A stretch of DNA of 64,000 nucleotides from Thermotogota bacterium (GTDB lineage: Bacteria > Thermotogota > Thermotogae > MWEM01). The DNA lies in NCBI GenBank assembly GCA_036743375.1, contig DAINPP010000001.1:208154-272153 (forward strand), in the 5' to 3' direction. The notes under the pieces are model-generated. The model was not told the origin of the DNA. It saw only the letters and a list, made by a program, of their open reading frames with translations, and made no database searches. This document shows positions 1 to 8,977 of this stretch, piece after piece; position 1 is the stretch's first letter; the number at the start of each line of letters is the position of its first letter. Both the position numbers and the translations under genes were made by a program.

Positions 1-2
1 AA

Positions 3-287
3 ATGGAAGCACGTGATACAAGGGCAAAAGCTCAGAAAGACTCCGATATAATCCGGGCTGAAGCAAATAAAACGGCGGAGGTTCTCAAGGGTGAAGGAGA
101 TGCTCAAGCACTGGAAATTTATGCAAAATCCTTTACAGCTGATCCGGAATTCTATAGATTCTGGAGGATGCTGACGGCTTATAAGAATTCTTTCAAGACG
201 GGATCTTCTATTGTAATGGGTAAAGGAATGAATTTTCTTGATGAATTTTACGGAGGTACAAGCGTATTAGAAGCAACTCAGCCATAA
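3..287 (+). CDS. hflC: HflC/HflK-like band-7 (SPFH) protease-modulator, C-terminal fragment (5' end outside window)
   Basis: Translation ends ...DPEFYRFWRMLTAYKNSF...; this is the typical C-terminus of HflC-type SPFH proteins. The ORF is open to the window start. Confidence 0.55.
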   Translation: MEARDTRAKAQKDSDIIRAEANKTAEVLKGEGDAQALEIYAKSFTADPEFYRFWRMLTAYKNSFKTGSSIVMGKGMNFLDEFYGGTSVLEATQP

Positions 288-370
288 ACAGTGAAAATTA
301 TCTTTCTATAGGTATCGAAACGGAAATTGAAATCGTTATACAAAGATCAAGATTTATCGGTTCGGCAAGA

Positions 371-943
371 ATGGTTCAGACGCCTGAAGAGGCAAGAACG
401 TTCATTGCCGAACGTTCTTTGATGCATAAAAAGGCAACTCATAATTGCTGGGGCTATAAAACTGGCACAGAAAAACATCTGGAAATCTTTTCTTCCGATG
501 ACGGGGAACCGTCAGGAACAGCCGGCAAACCCATAGAAGGCTCTATAGAAAGGCAGAAAATAACAAATGTAGCCGTTGTTGTCACGAGATACTTCGGTGG
601 GAAAAAACTTGGAATACGTGGCCTGATAGATGCCTATTCTTCAGCTTCAGAAGCTGTCATACGGGAATCAGGACTCTATCTATACCAACTGATGAGGACA
701 ATCAGAATTCTATGTGGCTACCCCGAGTGGAATCGTATAGAATATGAACTTGGAAAGAATGCTATTTATTTTGATAAAGAGAAATTGCGATTTGGAACGA
801 ACGTTGAAGTGATAATAGAAATTCCTGAAGAAAAATCGGGTATATTTCTTCCCGTACTGGATAGATATATCAACAATGGTCTCAATATGAGTTATAATAT
901 AGAGGGTGATTCCCGCTTTTCACCTGTAAAATATAACGTATAA
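371..943 (+). CDS. yigZ: YigZ/IMPACT family protein (UPF0029)
   Basis: The family-signature DDGEPSGTAGKPI loop is present. The conserved N-terminal EI..SRFIG strand is encoded in frame upstream of the first ATG (open from 296), so the true start is probably non-canonical or upstream of 371. Confidence 0.7.
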   Translation: MVQTPEEARTFIAERSLMHKKATHNCWGYKTGTEKHLEIFSSDDGEPSGTAGKPIEGSIERQKITNVAVVVTRYFGGKKLGIRGLIDAYSSASEAVIRESGLYLYQLMRTIRILCGYPEWNRIEYELGKNAIYFDKEKLRFGTNVEVIIEIPEEKSGIFLPVLDRYINNGLNMSYNIEGDSRFSPVKYNV

Positions 944-952
944 GAGGTTAAT

Positions 953-3307
953 ATGCACATATGGTCTAGTTTGATTTTTTTCTCTTCCTTATTGATATCT
1001 AATTTTATAATTTTAAACAGAATTACCGTGTTTGAAGAAAAGACTTCTTTAAAATCGTTTTATCTTGCACCAGCTATCATATTTCCAGCCCTATACGGCT
1101 TCTTTTATTATTTATCCGTCTTTTATTCTCCGAATTTTTTTATTTTCTGCTACGGGATATTTTTTATCAACAACGCCTGGTTTTTAATCTATTTAAGAAA
1201 TGCCGTAATCAATTACAATGAAGATATCATGATCGGCAGATATTTTCTGTGGACCATTGTCTCTCTGGTGTTACCGATCTCTTTGATTATATTTTTCAAT
1301 CCGACCGAAGTCTTCACCCAGATTATATTCAGTACTGCCTATTTCATCGGTATATTCCCAATGACTATTTTTGTTGCAATTCTACTTGGCGTTTCGGTGA
1401 ATTCCGTATTCTGGGGCGTCTTTGCATCGGTCTCTTTCTTTTCTATAGATTTTGCAATCAGATCAAGTCTTATCATCGGCATACCCGAAGATTATCTGCT
1501 CGTTATTTCCGAATTATTCCGTGCATCATTTATCACCCTCTGCTTTGTCATAAGCCTCTTTGGCAATTCGGTTGAACGAAAAAGAAAAGAAGAAATCATA
1601 GAAGGGACGAAGAAACTCAACAATATTTTATTCATGTTATTGACGATCTTTCCGGTCATGATCTTTTATGTATCATTCTGGCAGGTCAATCTCAATCATG
1701 AAAAACTTCAACAGAATGAATTTGAAGTATCAAAGGAAATTCTGAGACTCTCTACGGAAAAACTGGAAAATTATTCTGAAAAATACACAAAGATGATAGA
1801 AGATGTGATGAAATCCTCTTCAATTGCTTCCGCTCAATGGAAAGTCGGATCTTATAAATTTTCCAACCCGGAAATAGAAAATGCCCAGATAATCACTTAT
1901 TCCTCAAATCCTTTTGATGGAATTAATATACTCTTAAAAACAGACACGATAGAATATTCTTCAAACAGCGATAAAGGCTGGGGAATAAAATTGACCGTCA
2001 ATAAAAACAAAATATACAATGATTTACCGTTAAATGAAAAACATTCGTTGTTTGTTTTTGAAGATCAAACACCTATTCTTTATCCATTTGGGTATAATAT
2101 CTCAAGATCCGAACTGACGTTTACGAATTCATATCAGTATGCCTATGAAACACCTTTAACTTTGTTTGGGAAAAGTACCGATGTTGTCTTGGTTTTTCAG
2201 ACATCATCACCTCAGATAAGTCAGTTCACCATGTATTTTATGTTTTTTGCCATATTTTTACTGGTATTGATATGGGCATTTTATGGGTATTATATGGGTA
2301 ACTGGGAAAGAAAGGCAAAAAAAACCATCTTAAATATCCGTGAAAAAAATGAAGAGACGGAAAAGAAGATGGAAAATATGCGGCATTCTCTCAACTACAT
2401 GTCAAAGGATATCAGTAAGAATGAACTGCAATCAGAGGAATTATTTGAAAGAAATTCTTATCTGATTGATTTTCTGAGAAATCAGAGCTTTCAACAGGGC
2501 AGCGAGATAGCACTCAGTTTTTTCTTCAGAAAACTAAAGGCTAAAATGAATGGGATAGAGGAATTGTACCTGATCAGAAAATCTATCAGTACTTATCATG
2601 TATATGCCTGTTCAGATTCTTCAACCAACGGGAAGATCTGTGAGATAAAAAAAATGACAGACAAGGTATCAGATATAACTTATCAGTTGAGACTGAACAA
2701 TATCTTCTATCATGTATCCGGGATTGAGGATTCCGAATATCTTTTGTTTTTAAGGAAGAGAGAGGATGAAGTTCAGTTTTACAAAGAATCTGAATTTCTC
2801 GCTGATCTTTTAAATATCAGTGAGCTTTACATCAGACAACAAAATCTCCTGAAGAGAAATGAAAATGTTTTCGACAAGACACTCGCAGTTATTAAATTAC
2901 TGGATAGAATCAAATCGGAAAAACCATTTACGGAAACGTGGAAAAAGACTATTTTAGAAAACATCCGCTCCGTCGTAAACAATCCGGTTTTCATGGGAAT
3001 ATTTACAGTATCCGATGATGATATCCGTATTTCCATCCTGGAGAAGGATCAACTGCAAACAGTTTCTGTAGAAGATGAAGATCATGTACTCCTATTAAAA
3101 CTGAAAACTGAAACACCTGCTTTTGAAAATATCTCTCCCTCCGAATCATTTTCAAAAGATGCAAGATCCTATGGAATTTTACCGTTCTACTTCAAGAATA
3201 AAATCATCGGCATTTATATGGAATATACGGATTATCGAATCTTTTCACAAAGAGAAATCGAATTGTTTTTCTTTATCGCAAAGAACATTTCCTCTTTAAA
3301 GGAGTAA
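953..3307 (+). CDS. polytopic membrane protein (about 8 N-terminal TM helices, a 200-aa loop, one more TM, then a 340-aa soluble region); function unknown
   Basis: Hydrophobic helices are visible in the translation, with coiled-coil-like stretches in the soluble parts. A GAGG RBS precedes the ATG. No kinase, GGDEF, HD or other output motif was recognised. Confidence 0.5.
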   Translation: MHIWSSLIFFSSLLISNFIILNRITVFEEKTSLKSFYLAPAIIFPALYGFFYYLSVFYSPNFFIFCYGIFFINNAWFLIYLRNAVINYNEDIMIGRYFLWTIVSLVLPISLIIFFNPTEVFTQIIFSTAYFIGIFPMTIFVAILLGVSVNSVFWGVFASVSFFSIDFAIRSSLIIGIPEDYLLVISELFRASFITLCFVISLFGNSVERKRKEEIIEGTKKLNNILFMLLTIFPVMIFYVSFWQVNLNHEKLQQNEFEVSKEILRLSTEKLENYSEKYTKMIEDVMKSSSIASAQWKVGSYKFSNPEIENAQIITYSSNPFDGINILLKTDTIEYSSNSDKGWGIKLTVNKNKIYNDLPLNEKHSLFVFEDQTPILYPFGYNISRSELTFTNSYQYAYETPLTLFGKSTDVVLVFQTSSPQISQFTMYFMFFAIFLLVLIWAFYGYYMGNWERKAKKTILNIREKNEETEKKMENMRHSLNYMSKDISKNELQSEELFERNSYLIDFLRNQSFQQGSEIALSFFFRKLKAKMNGIEELYLIRKSISTYHVYACSDSSTNGKICEIKKMTDKVSDITYQLRLNNIFYHVSGIEDSEYLLFLRKREDEVQFYKESEFLADLLNISELYIRQQNLLKRNENVFDKTLAVIKLLDRIKSEKPFTETWKKTILENIRSVVNNPVFMGIFTVSDDDIRISILEKDQLQTVSVEDEDHVLLLKLKTETPAFENISPSESFSKDARSYGILPFYFKNKIIGIYMEYTDYRIFSQREIELFFFIAKNISSLKE

Positions 3308-3308
3308 G

Positions 3309-3827
3309 ATGAAAAAAATTATTTTGTCATTGATTATTTTAACTGTTATCACTGTGGCCTATGGAATGAAATCCTATACACTCGATCTGAAATCATGTTC
3401 CACTTATCATTTTAACCGATTATGCGAGATTACTGATTTTATATTCAACAATCAGAGTTTCAGAATCTATGAATATGACAACCTGCAGGAATTCAGCCGT
3501 GAAAGCGGTGGCCGTTTTTTCATTAAGGGCTTTACAAATTCAAGTGGCACATTCATTCAAAGCAGAAATCTTCTCAGAGGGGATTTTAATGGCACGTTAA
3601 TCCATGAATTATTGCATGCCTTGATAAAATCTCAATATCCCGTACCACCGTGGTTTGAAGAAGGATTAGTCTGCATTGTCACGGATGAATTCGCCGATAC
3701 CACCGATATTCCCGTGATGAAAGATGTGAAGTCTTTTGAAACCAATCAAGCGGCGAGCAACTGGGAAATAACCTCTTATTGTCTGGGGTGTATAAGAGAG
3801 GTAAAAGAAATTCTTTGTATAGAATGA
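3309..3827 (+). CDS. small secreted HExxH zinc-metallopeptidase-like protein
   Basis: N-terminal signal peptide MKKIILSLIILTVITVAYG. HELLH motif followed by EEG downstream. Tightly packed between neighbouring genes. Confidence 0.5.
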   Translation: MKKIILSLIILTVITVAYGMKSYTLDLKSCSTYHFNRLCEITDFIFNNQSFRIYEYDNLQEFSRESGGRFFIKGFTNSSGTFIQSRNLLRGDFNGTLIHELLHALIKSQYPVPPWFEEGLVCIVTDEFADTTDIPVMKDVKSFETNQAASNWEITSYCLGCIREVKEILCIE

Positions 3828-3837
3828 GGAGGCAATA

Positions 3838-4596
3838 ATGGTATATCCGGCACAGAGACCACCAACATACAGGAAAAGAAAAAAGAAAAAGAAAAAAATG
3901 TCTATGCTCCCCTTTATTATAATTATTATCATTATATTGATTTGTACTGGAGTAGGGTTTCTGTATTTTTCTTATTCAAGACTCTCTACGTCAAAAGCCA
4001 TGACGGATGATACGGTCGATTATCTTTTTTACCTGAGTGACCGGGAAGAGGTTTACTTCATCAGAACGGATTTAAGTGGAAGAATAAATTACCTGATTTC
4101 CTTTCCAAAAATCTCTTACGAACCGATAATGGCAATATCCGTCGATTTGGAAACGCCTAAAGAAATGTTTCGTTCTGTCGAGAAACTTTTCGGTTCTTCG
4201 GATTTGAACTATTATGCCAGTATCGACGAAAAGGCATTTGAAAAAATCATGGCCATTTCCGATCTTAGCGAGGATATTTCTTATGAAACGTTGACTATTG
4301 ATCAGTTTGCAGATGTCCTTGATTCGATTAATTTAAACACGTTTGAATTTATGCTCTACGGAAAAACAGAAGATTTTATCTCTATTCTTGTTGACAATAA
4401 TTACTCCAAAGATGGTGGATACAGGTTGCTATCCAGTATAAAGAATTACGCCAACAAATCAGTTCCTATGACGTTTATGACAAAAGAACCGGTCAGTATC
4501 ACTTTGACGGATAACGAAGGAGAAAAAAAACAATTCAAACGATTATATATAGACGATAAAAGTCTTGAAACGATCATGGAGTTCATGAAAGAATGA
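3838..4596 (+). CDS. type-II membrane protein with a poly-lysine cytoplasmic tail; possibly a degenerate LCP-like partner
   Basis: GAGGAGG RBS 5 nt before the ATG. N-terminus RKRKKKKKK (encoded by an A-rich tract) followed by a TM of poly-Ile/Leu. Its stop overlaps the next start in an ATGA junction. Confidence 0.5.
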   Translation: MVYPAQRPPTYRKRKKKKKKMSMLPFIIIIIIILICTGVGFLYFSYSRLSTSKAMTDDTVDYLFYLSDREEVYFIRTDLSGRINYLISFPKISYEPIMAISVDLETPKEMFRSVEKLFGSSDLNYYASIDEKAFEKIMAISDLSEDISYETLTIDQFADVLDSINLNTFEFMLYGKTEDFISILVDNNYSKDGGYRLLSSIKNYANKSVPMTFMTKEPVSITLTDNEGEKKQFKRLYIDDKSLETIMEFMKE

Positions 4597-5846
4597 ATCA
4601 TAGAAGTATAAGGGTTGGTTTGCTGATCACGATGATGAGTCTCACTGGTATAGCAGTGACCCTCCTCTTCGTCTTTCTGTTTCCAAGACCATTTATTCAG
4701 TTTATCCCCGAACAGATAACAAATCCATTTGAAAGTGAGAAGCTCTTTTTTCTGGTTCTTGGTATAGATAATGCGGGCGAAGCGGGTTCTGACAGAACAG
4801 ACGCAATCATGCTTGCGGGTTTGAATACCGTTGATGGAAGTTTTGAACTCGTTTCTATTCCGAGAGATCTGATCGTTACAGATCCCGAAAATCCTTCTGA
4901 AAAACTCAAGATCAATGCCTTATTCAAGAATGAAGGAATACAGCAGCTTGAAAAGAAAATAGAACAGATAATGGGAGTTCATATTGAACGATTCGCCATC
5001 ATAGATTATCAGCTGTTTGAATATCTTGGGGATCTCGTAGGACCGGTAGAAATAATGATTGAAGAAGCGATGCATTATGAAGATAACCAGCAGGACCTTT
5101 CGATTAATTTTGATAGAGGCCGTCATCTGATGTATGGAGAAGATCTTCTGAAATATATAAGATTCAGAAATGATTCAAAAGGAGATCTCGGAAGACTTGA
5201 AAGACAAAAAGCAGTGGTTATGAAGCTGTTCTCTCTACTAAAGGGAAAATTATCCGTTAACTTTTTAGAGACAGAATTCACAAAATTACTCGATCAGATG
5301 CAGACAGATTTTACCGTAAAAGATGTCATTTACACCTTTTTGAAACTTGGCAATCTTGATACCATAGAATTCTTCAGTTACCCCTACACAATTGCCGGAG
5401 ACGGCTCTCTCTATTCAGATGAAGTTAAACTGAAAGAATTGAAAGGGGCTTTTCTCAATTTTGAAAAAATTCCACAAACTGCCTCGAAACAGATCATCTG
5501 CATACTTAACTGTACCGATCAGACGCCACGTGTCTTTTCAATCGTTAGTTATAACAGGATTCACAGCAGTGGCTTGGCATATTTTCTCCTGGATACACCC
5601 TTAACCGAAGAATTATACTCAAAAAAGATAAAAAATAACACACTTATGCGATTAAACGGAAAGACTGAAGAAGCGCTTGTATTGCAAAAACAGCTCGAAG
5701 AACTCTATGAGACTGATTTTGATATGATAGACATTTCCGAAAAGGAAAATCTGGATTTTTATTATTCCGTCATCAGTCATTATTTGAATGAAGGAATATT
5801 CTATCCAACGCCTCTTGAAGCGCTTGTTTTCATCAGAGAACAGTAA
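4593..5846 (+). CDS. LytR-CpsA-Psr (LCP) family cell-envelope phosphotransferase
   Basis: N-terminal TM, then GIDNAGEAGSDRTDAIMLAGLN...SIPRDLIV, the diagnostic LCP motif. Confidence 0.8.
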   Translation: MNHRSIRVGLLITMMSLTGIAVTLLFVFLFPRPFIQFIPEQITNPFESEKLFFLVLGIDNAGEAGSDRTDAIMLAGLNTVDGSFELVSIPRDLIVTDPENPSEKLKINALFKNEGIQQLEKKIEQIMGVHIERFAIIDYQLFEYLGDLVGPVEIMIEEAMHYEDNQQDLSINFDRGRHLMYGEDLLKYIRFRNDSKGDLGRLERQKAVVMKLFSLLKGKLSVNFLETEFTKLLDQMQTDFTVKDVIYTFLKLGNLDTIEFFSYPYTIAGDGSLYSDEVKLKELKGAFLNFEKIPQTASKQIICILNCTDQTPRVFSIVSYNRIHSSGLAYFLLDTPLTEELYSKKIKNNTLMRLNGKTEEALVLQKQLEELYETDFDMIDISEKENLDFYYSVISHYLNEGIFYPTPLEALVFIREQ

Positions 5847-5848
5847 TT

Positions 5849-6523
5849 ATGATCAATACGTATAACGAAAAATCCTTGCATGCCGATATCAAAGCGTTCC
5901 TTTCCAAAACAGGTGATGAATTTGAATGTTCGTATAACGGGTTTATCATAGATATCAAACGAAACGATCTTCTGATTGAGATTCAAACAAAGAATTTTCT
6001 TGCCATGCGAAAGAAATTATCAAGACTTCTCGATTGTAACAGGATTCGACTGGTTCACCCTATTATCAAAAACAAGAAAATAACGGTACTCGAAACAGAT
6101 GGAACGACTATAAAACATAGCCGATACTCACCGAAGCACGGTGATATCACGGATATATTCGAAGAAATACTCTATATCCCTGAACTTGTTTCTCATATGA
6201 ATCTTGAAATACAGATTCTTCTCATCTCTGCTGAGGAGATAAGAATAGATGATGGAAAAGGGTCATGGAGACGAAAGGGGATCAGTATTGCGGACAGAAA
6301 ACTCATTGAAGTACACGATGATATGTTATTAAATCATCCTGTTCAGCTTTTTAAATTGCTGCCGGAATCAATCCAAACTGAGGAATTTTCCACAAGAGAT
6401 CTCTCGGAAATGATGAAAATCACAAAGCAAAAGGCATCAAAAATATGTTATACACTAAAAAAGATAGGCCTGATAATACCGGTTTCAAAGCAGGGAAATC
6501 TTATAATCTACAGACGACTATAA
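5849..6523 (+). CDS. putative PD-(D/E)xK nuclease-fold protein with C-terminal winged-helix-like region
   Basis: Spacing E..IIDIKRNDLLIEIQTK fits the D-x(n)-E-x-K signature. C-terminal LSEMMKITKQKASKICYTLKKIGLI looks like an HTH. Last gene of the 953-6523 operon. Confidence 0.4.
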   Translation: MINTYNEKSLHADIKAFLSKTGDEFECSYNGFIIDIKRNDLLIEIQTKNFLAMRKKLSRLLDCNRIRLVHPIIKNKKITVLETDGTTIKHSRYSPKHGDITDIFEEILYIPELVSHMNLEIQILLISAEEIRIDDGKGSWRRKGISIADRKLIEVHDDMLLNHPVQLFKLLPESIQTEEFSTRDLSEMMKITKQKASKICYTLKKIGLIIPVSKQGNLIIYRRL

Positions 6524-6533
6524 AGGAGAAAAT

Positions 6534-7661
6534 ATGTTCTTTGAAGCATTCAACGAATGGTTAATCTACGGTACACAGGCCATCATGAACCTGTTCAGTC
6601 AATATTTTAAAAACGAAGGCTTTTCGCCTGTTCAAATTGGTATACTCGTTACCATCGGAAGGGTCATGTCCCTTGTCGCCAATCCGTTCTGGTTTTCATT
6701 TAAATCAAAATTTGGGGAGAAAAAGACCATCCCTTTGATCACCCTCTTTCCGTTGATCCTCATCTGGGGAATTTACTTTTTGCCGTCATTCGAGGGTAAA
6801 TTGATCGCAATGGCACTGAGTGGATTATTTCTCAGTGTTATCCTCCCTATCGTAGAAGGAAGGGTCATTTCCTCACTCATGAAAAAGGGGATAGATTTCA
6901 ATCCCTCGAGACTGGTCGGTTCCGTAGGCTTTTCAATTACCGCCTTTGTCGCCGGCTTTCTGATTCAGTACGGTTTCATCGTGCTGTTCATCCTGTTGTC
7001 CATCCTCTTGTTTTTCATCTTTCTGATCAACAAAACACATCAATTTGAGCATAAAAAAGTCATTGCGAAACAAACAACGGATTCAACTGGAAACTGGAAG
7101 ATACTTTCCATCATGCTCGTCTCAGGGATACTCGCACTCTCGAGTTCCACTTTTTATGCCACTTTCTTACCCCTGTATCTCGATCAGAAGGGATACCCGA
7201 TGTCCTTTACCGGGATAAGCTTTTTTATCTTTGCCATGGCTGAAATACCATTTTTGATCTTCTCAAAAAAGATCATCGGAAAAATTGGCGAGCCACTGTT
7301 GCTGATCAGCGGTGTTTTGGCCTGTGGGCTTAGAATTCTGTTATCCGCCTATTGCACTTCCTTTATCCAGTTTATCTTCATCTGTCTGTTGCACGGTTGG
7401 GGGTATATCGTCATCTATTACGCCATCTACCATTTCATCCATTATCACATGCCGGAAAAACAAACCAACAAGGCTCAAGCCGTTTTTTGGATGGGAATCA
7501 ACGGGATCGGTTTTGTCATAGGCTCATTACTTGGCGGCTTTATCGTGGAAGGATTCGGATTGATTGAAAGTTATACAGCCATCGGGACATTCATAACGCT
7601 CCTCTCAGCTGTCCTATTTTTCTGGAACCGCTTGAATTCGAGACGACATCTAAACAGATGA
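6534..7661 (+). CDS. MFS transporter
   Basis: About 12 predicted TM helices in two 6-helix halves. Confidence 0.65.
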   Translation: MFFEAFNEWLIYGTQAIMNLFSQYFKNEGFSPVQIGILVTIGRVMSLVANPFWFSFKSKFGEKKTIPLITLFPLILIWGIYFLPSFEGKLIAMALSGLFLSVILPIVEGRVISSLMKKGIDFNPSRLVGSVGFSITAFVAGFLIQYGFIVLFILLSILLFFIFLINKTHQFEHKKVIAKQTTDSTGNWKILSIMLVSGILALSSSTFYATFLPLYLDQKGYPMSFTGISFFIFAMAEIPFLIFSKKIIGKIGEPLLLISGVLACGLRILLSAYCTSFIQFIFICLLHGWGYIVIYYAIYHFIHYHMPEKQTNKAQAVFWMGINGIGFVIGSLLGGFIVEGFGLIESYTAIGTFITLLSAVLFFWNRLNSRRHLNR

Positions 7662-7706
7662 GAAGGAAGAGAAATCCCCTCTCGTCTGATATACCCAAGA
7701 AAATTA

Positions 7707-8466
7707 CTAAGCTTTGACCCAATAGGCACTCCCATCCGGCTTTCTGTCTATGAAACCATATTGGATAAGCCATCTTCTGATCAGCGGAAAATCATCAAAC
7801 GATTCTTTTATGATGTCGTTTATTTCTTTTTCCGTATATACTCTGTTCACATCAAAATGCTTGACAATCTCAAACAGGACGATCAGCTTCTCCTTTTCCT
7901 TCGTTGGAAAACGTAGCAGCTTCCCATCTTTGGCAAAGGTGGATTTCAGACATTTTTCCCTTTCTTTTTCCGTTATGGCAAAACGTTCATCCACTTGAAC
8001 GGCACTTCGATGTATATCGATCATCTTTTCTTCGATTTCCGTTCGGTCTTCCAGCAGATCATAGAGGGCTAAAAAGACCTTGGCCTGTTTAGCCCTCTCT
8101 TTCAGCCTGAATCTATGGTTTCTTACCGTTGAATTTGAGATCTCCATGATCTGTGCAATCTCGGAATCCTTTAATCCACTGGAAAAATACCGGATAATAT
8201 CTGTCTGTATCTCCGAAAGACCGGTATATTTTTTGTCCATTTCAAGGAGGTATTTCAGCATGTCCCCGTGTTCCTTCCGAATGTGATGGTTCATAGCTCT
8301 TTCGGCCGTCAGTAATCCCATTTTTGTTTCATAGATGATCCCTTCTTCATACGCTTTTCCACAAACAAGGCAGACGTAGTGCGCCTCATCCCTGGAAAAA
8401 GTATAGCCTCTTTCCAATTCCTCGAGTGAAGAATTCCAGAATAATTCATATAGCGTTTTCATCATT
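7707..8466 (-). CDS. transcriptional regulator: Zn-ribbon + LuxR/sigma-70 region-4-like HTH + DUF2087-like C-terminal domain
   Basis: CLVCG Zn-ribbon-like pair. LSEIQTDIIRYFSSGLKDSEIAQIMEISNSTVRNHRFRLKER is a LuxR-type HTH. Start placed at MMKTLY, preceded by GGAGGTG; the ORF track extends it to 8519. Confidence 0.6.
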
Positions 8467-8493
8467 TCACCTCCAACAAATATATTACCACAT

Positions 8494-8513
8494 TGTTTGC
8501 ATTTATCCAAACA
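8494..8513. promoter_or_regulatory. inverted repeat TGTTTG-N8-CAAACA in the divergent promoter region; candidate operator
   Basis: Perfect 6-bp inverted repeat, 28-47 nt upstream of the regulator ATG and about 85 nt upstream of the mrpC TTG start. Confidence 0.3.
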
Positions 8514-8596
8514 TATCATAATTTAGTTTGTTTATTAACGTTTTGAGTTTTTCGGTTTTCATGGTATAGTCTTTTTAAACTTGTGGAGGTAGTGCG

Positions 8597-8977
8597 TTGA
8601 GGTCAATCGAGCTGATAGGTATCTGTGCGTGTTTCATAACGGGTTTGTATGGGGTGTTCTTTTCAAAGAACCTCATCAAGAAGTTACTGATGTTGGGTAT
8701 TTTAAATGCGGCCACCATTGGTTTTTTTCTCTACATCGGTTCCGCACGCTCCAAGATTCCACCCATTCTGAACGCAGTAAATCCGTTATTCCTTGCCGAG
8801 AACTATGCCGATCCTCTGCCGCAGGCATTAGTCCTCACGGCTGTTGTCATAGGATTCGCAACACAATCTCTCTCTCTCGTGTATGTGATGTTTTTATCCA
8901 AAAAATACCACACGATCGAAGAAGATAAGATTGAAAAGCTCGTAGAAGAGGAGAGAAAACATGAACTTGACGCCTGA
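8597..8977 (+). CDS. mrpC: Mrp/Mnh antiporter subunit C-like (NuoK/4L-like)
   Basis: 126 aa with 3 TM helices and a MnhC-like sequence. TTG start preceded by GGAGG. Confidence 0.65.
   Translation: MRSIELIGICACFITGLYGVFFSKNLIKKLLMLGILNAATIGFFLYIGSARSKIPPILNAVNPLFLAENYADPLPQALVLTAVVIGFATQSLSLVYVMFLSKKYHTIEEDKIEKLVEEERKHELDA

Noticed and set aside
1249-1575. Numerous 60-150-aa ORFs nested inside or antisense to larger genes, e.g. 1249..1575, 7312..7567, 21089..21373, 35601..36056, 44207..45013, 61309..62253.
   Set aside because: All lie within strongly supported longer CDSs with recognisable families and lack RBSs. They are typical spurious open frames, especially the Ser/Thr-rich antisense translations of acidic-repeat regions.
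7662-7706. Short GAGA...TCTC pairing between the convergent MFS and regulator genes as a terminator.
   Set aside because: Only a 4-5 bp stem with no T-run. It is probably not a functional intrinsic terminator.
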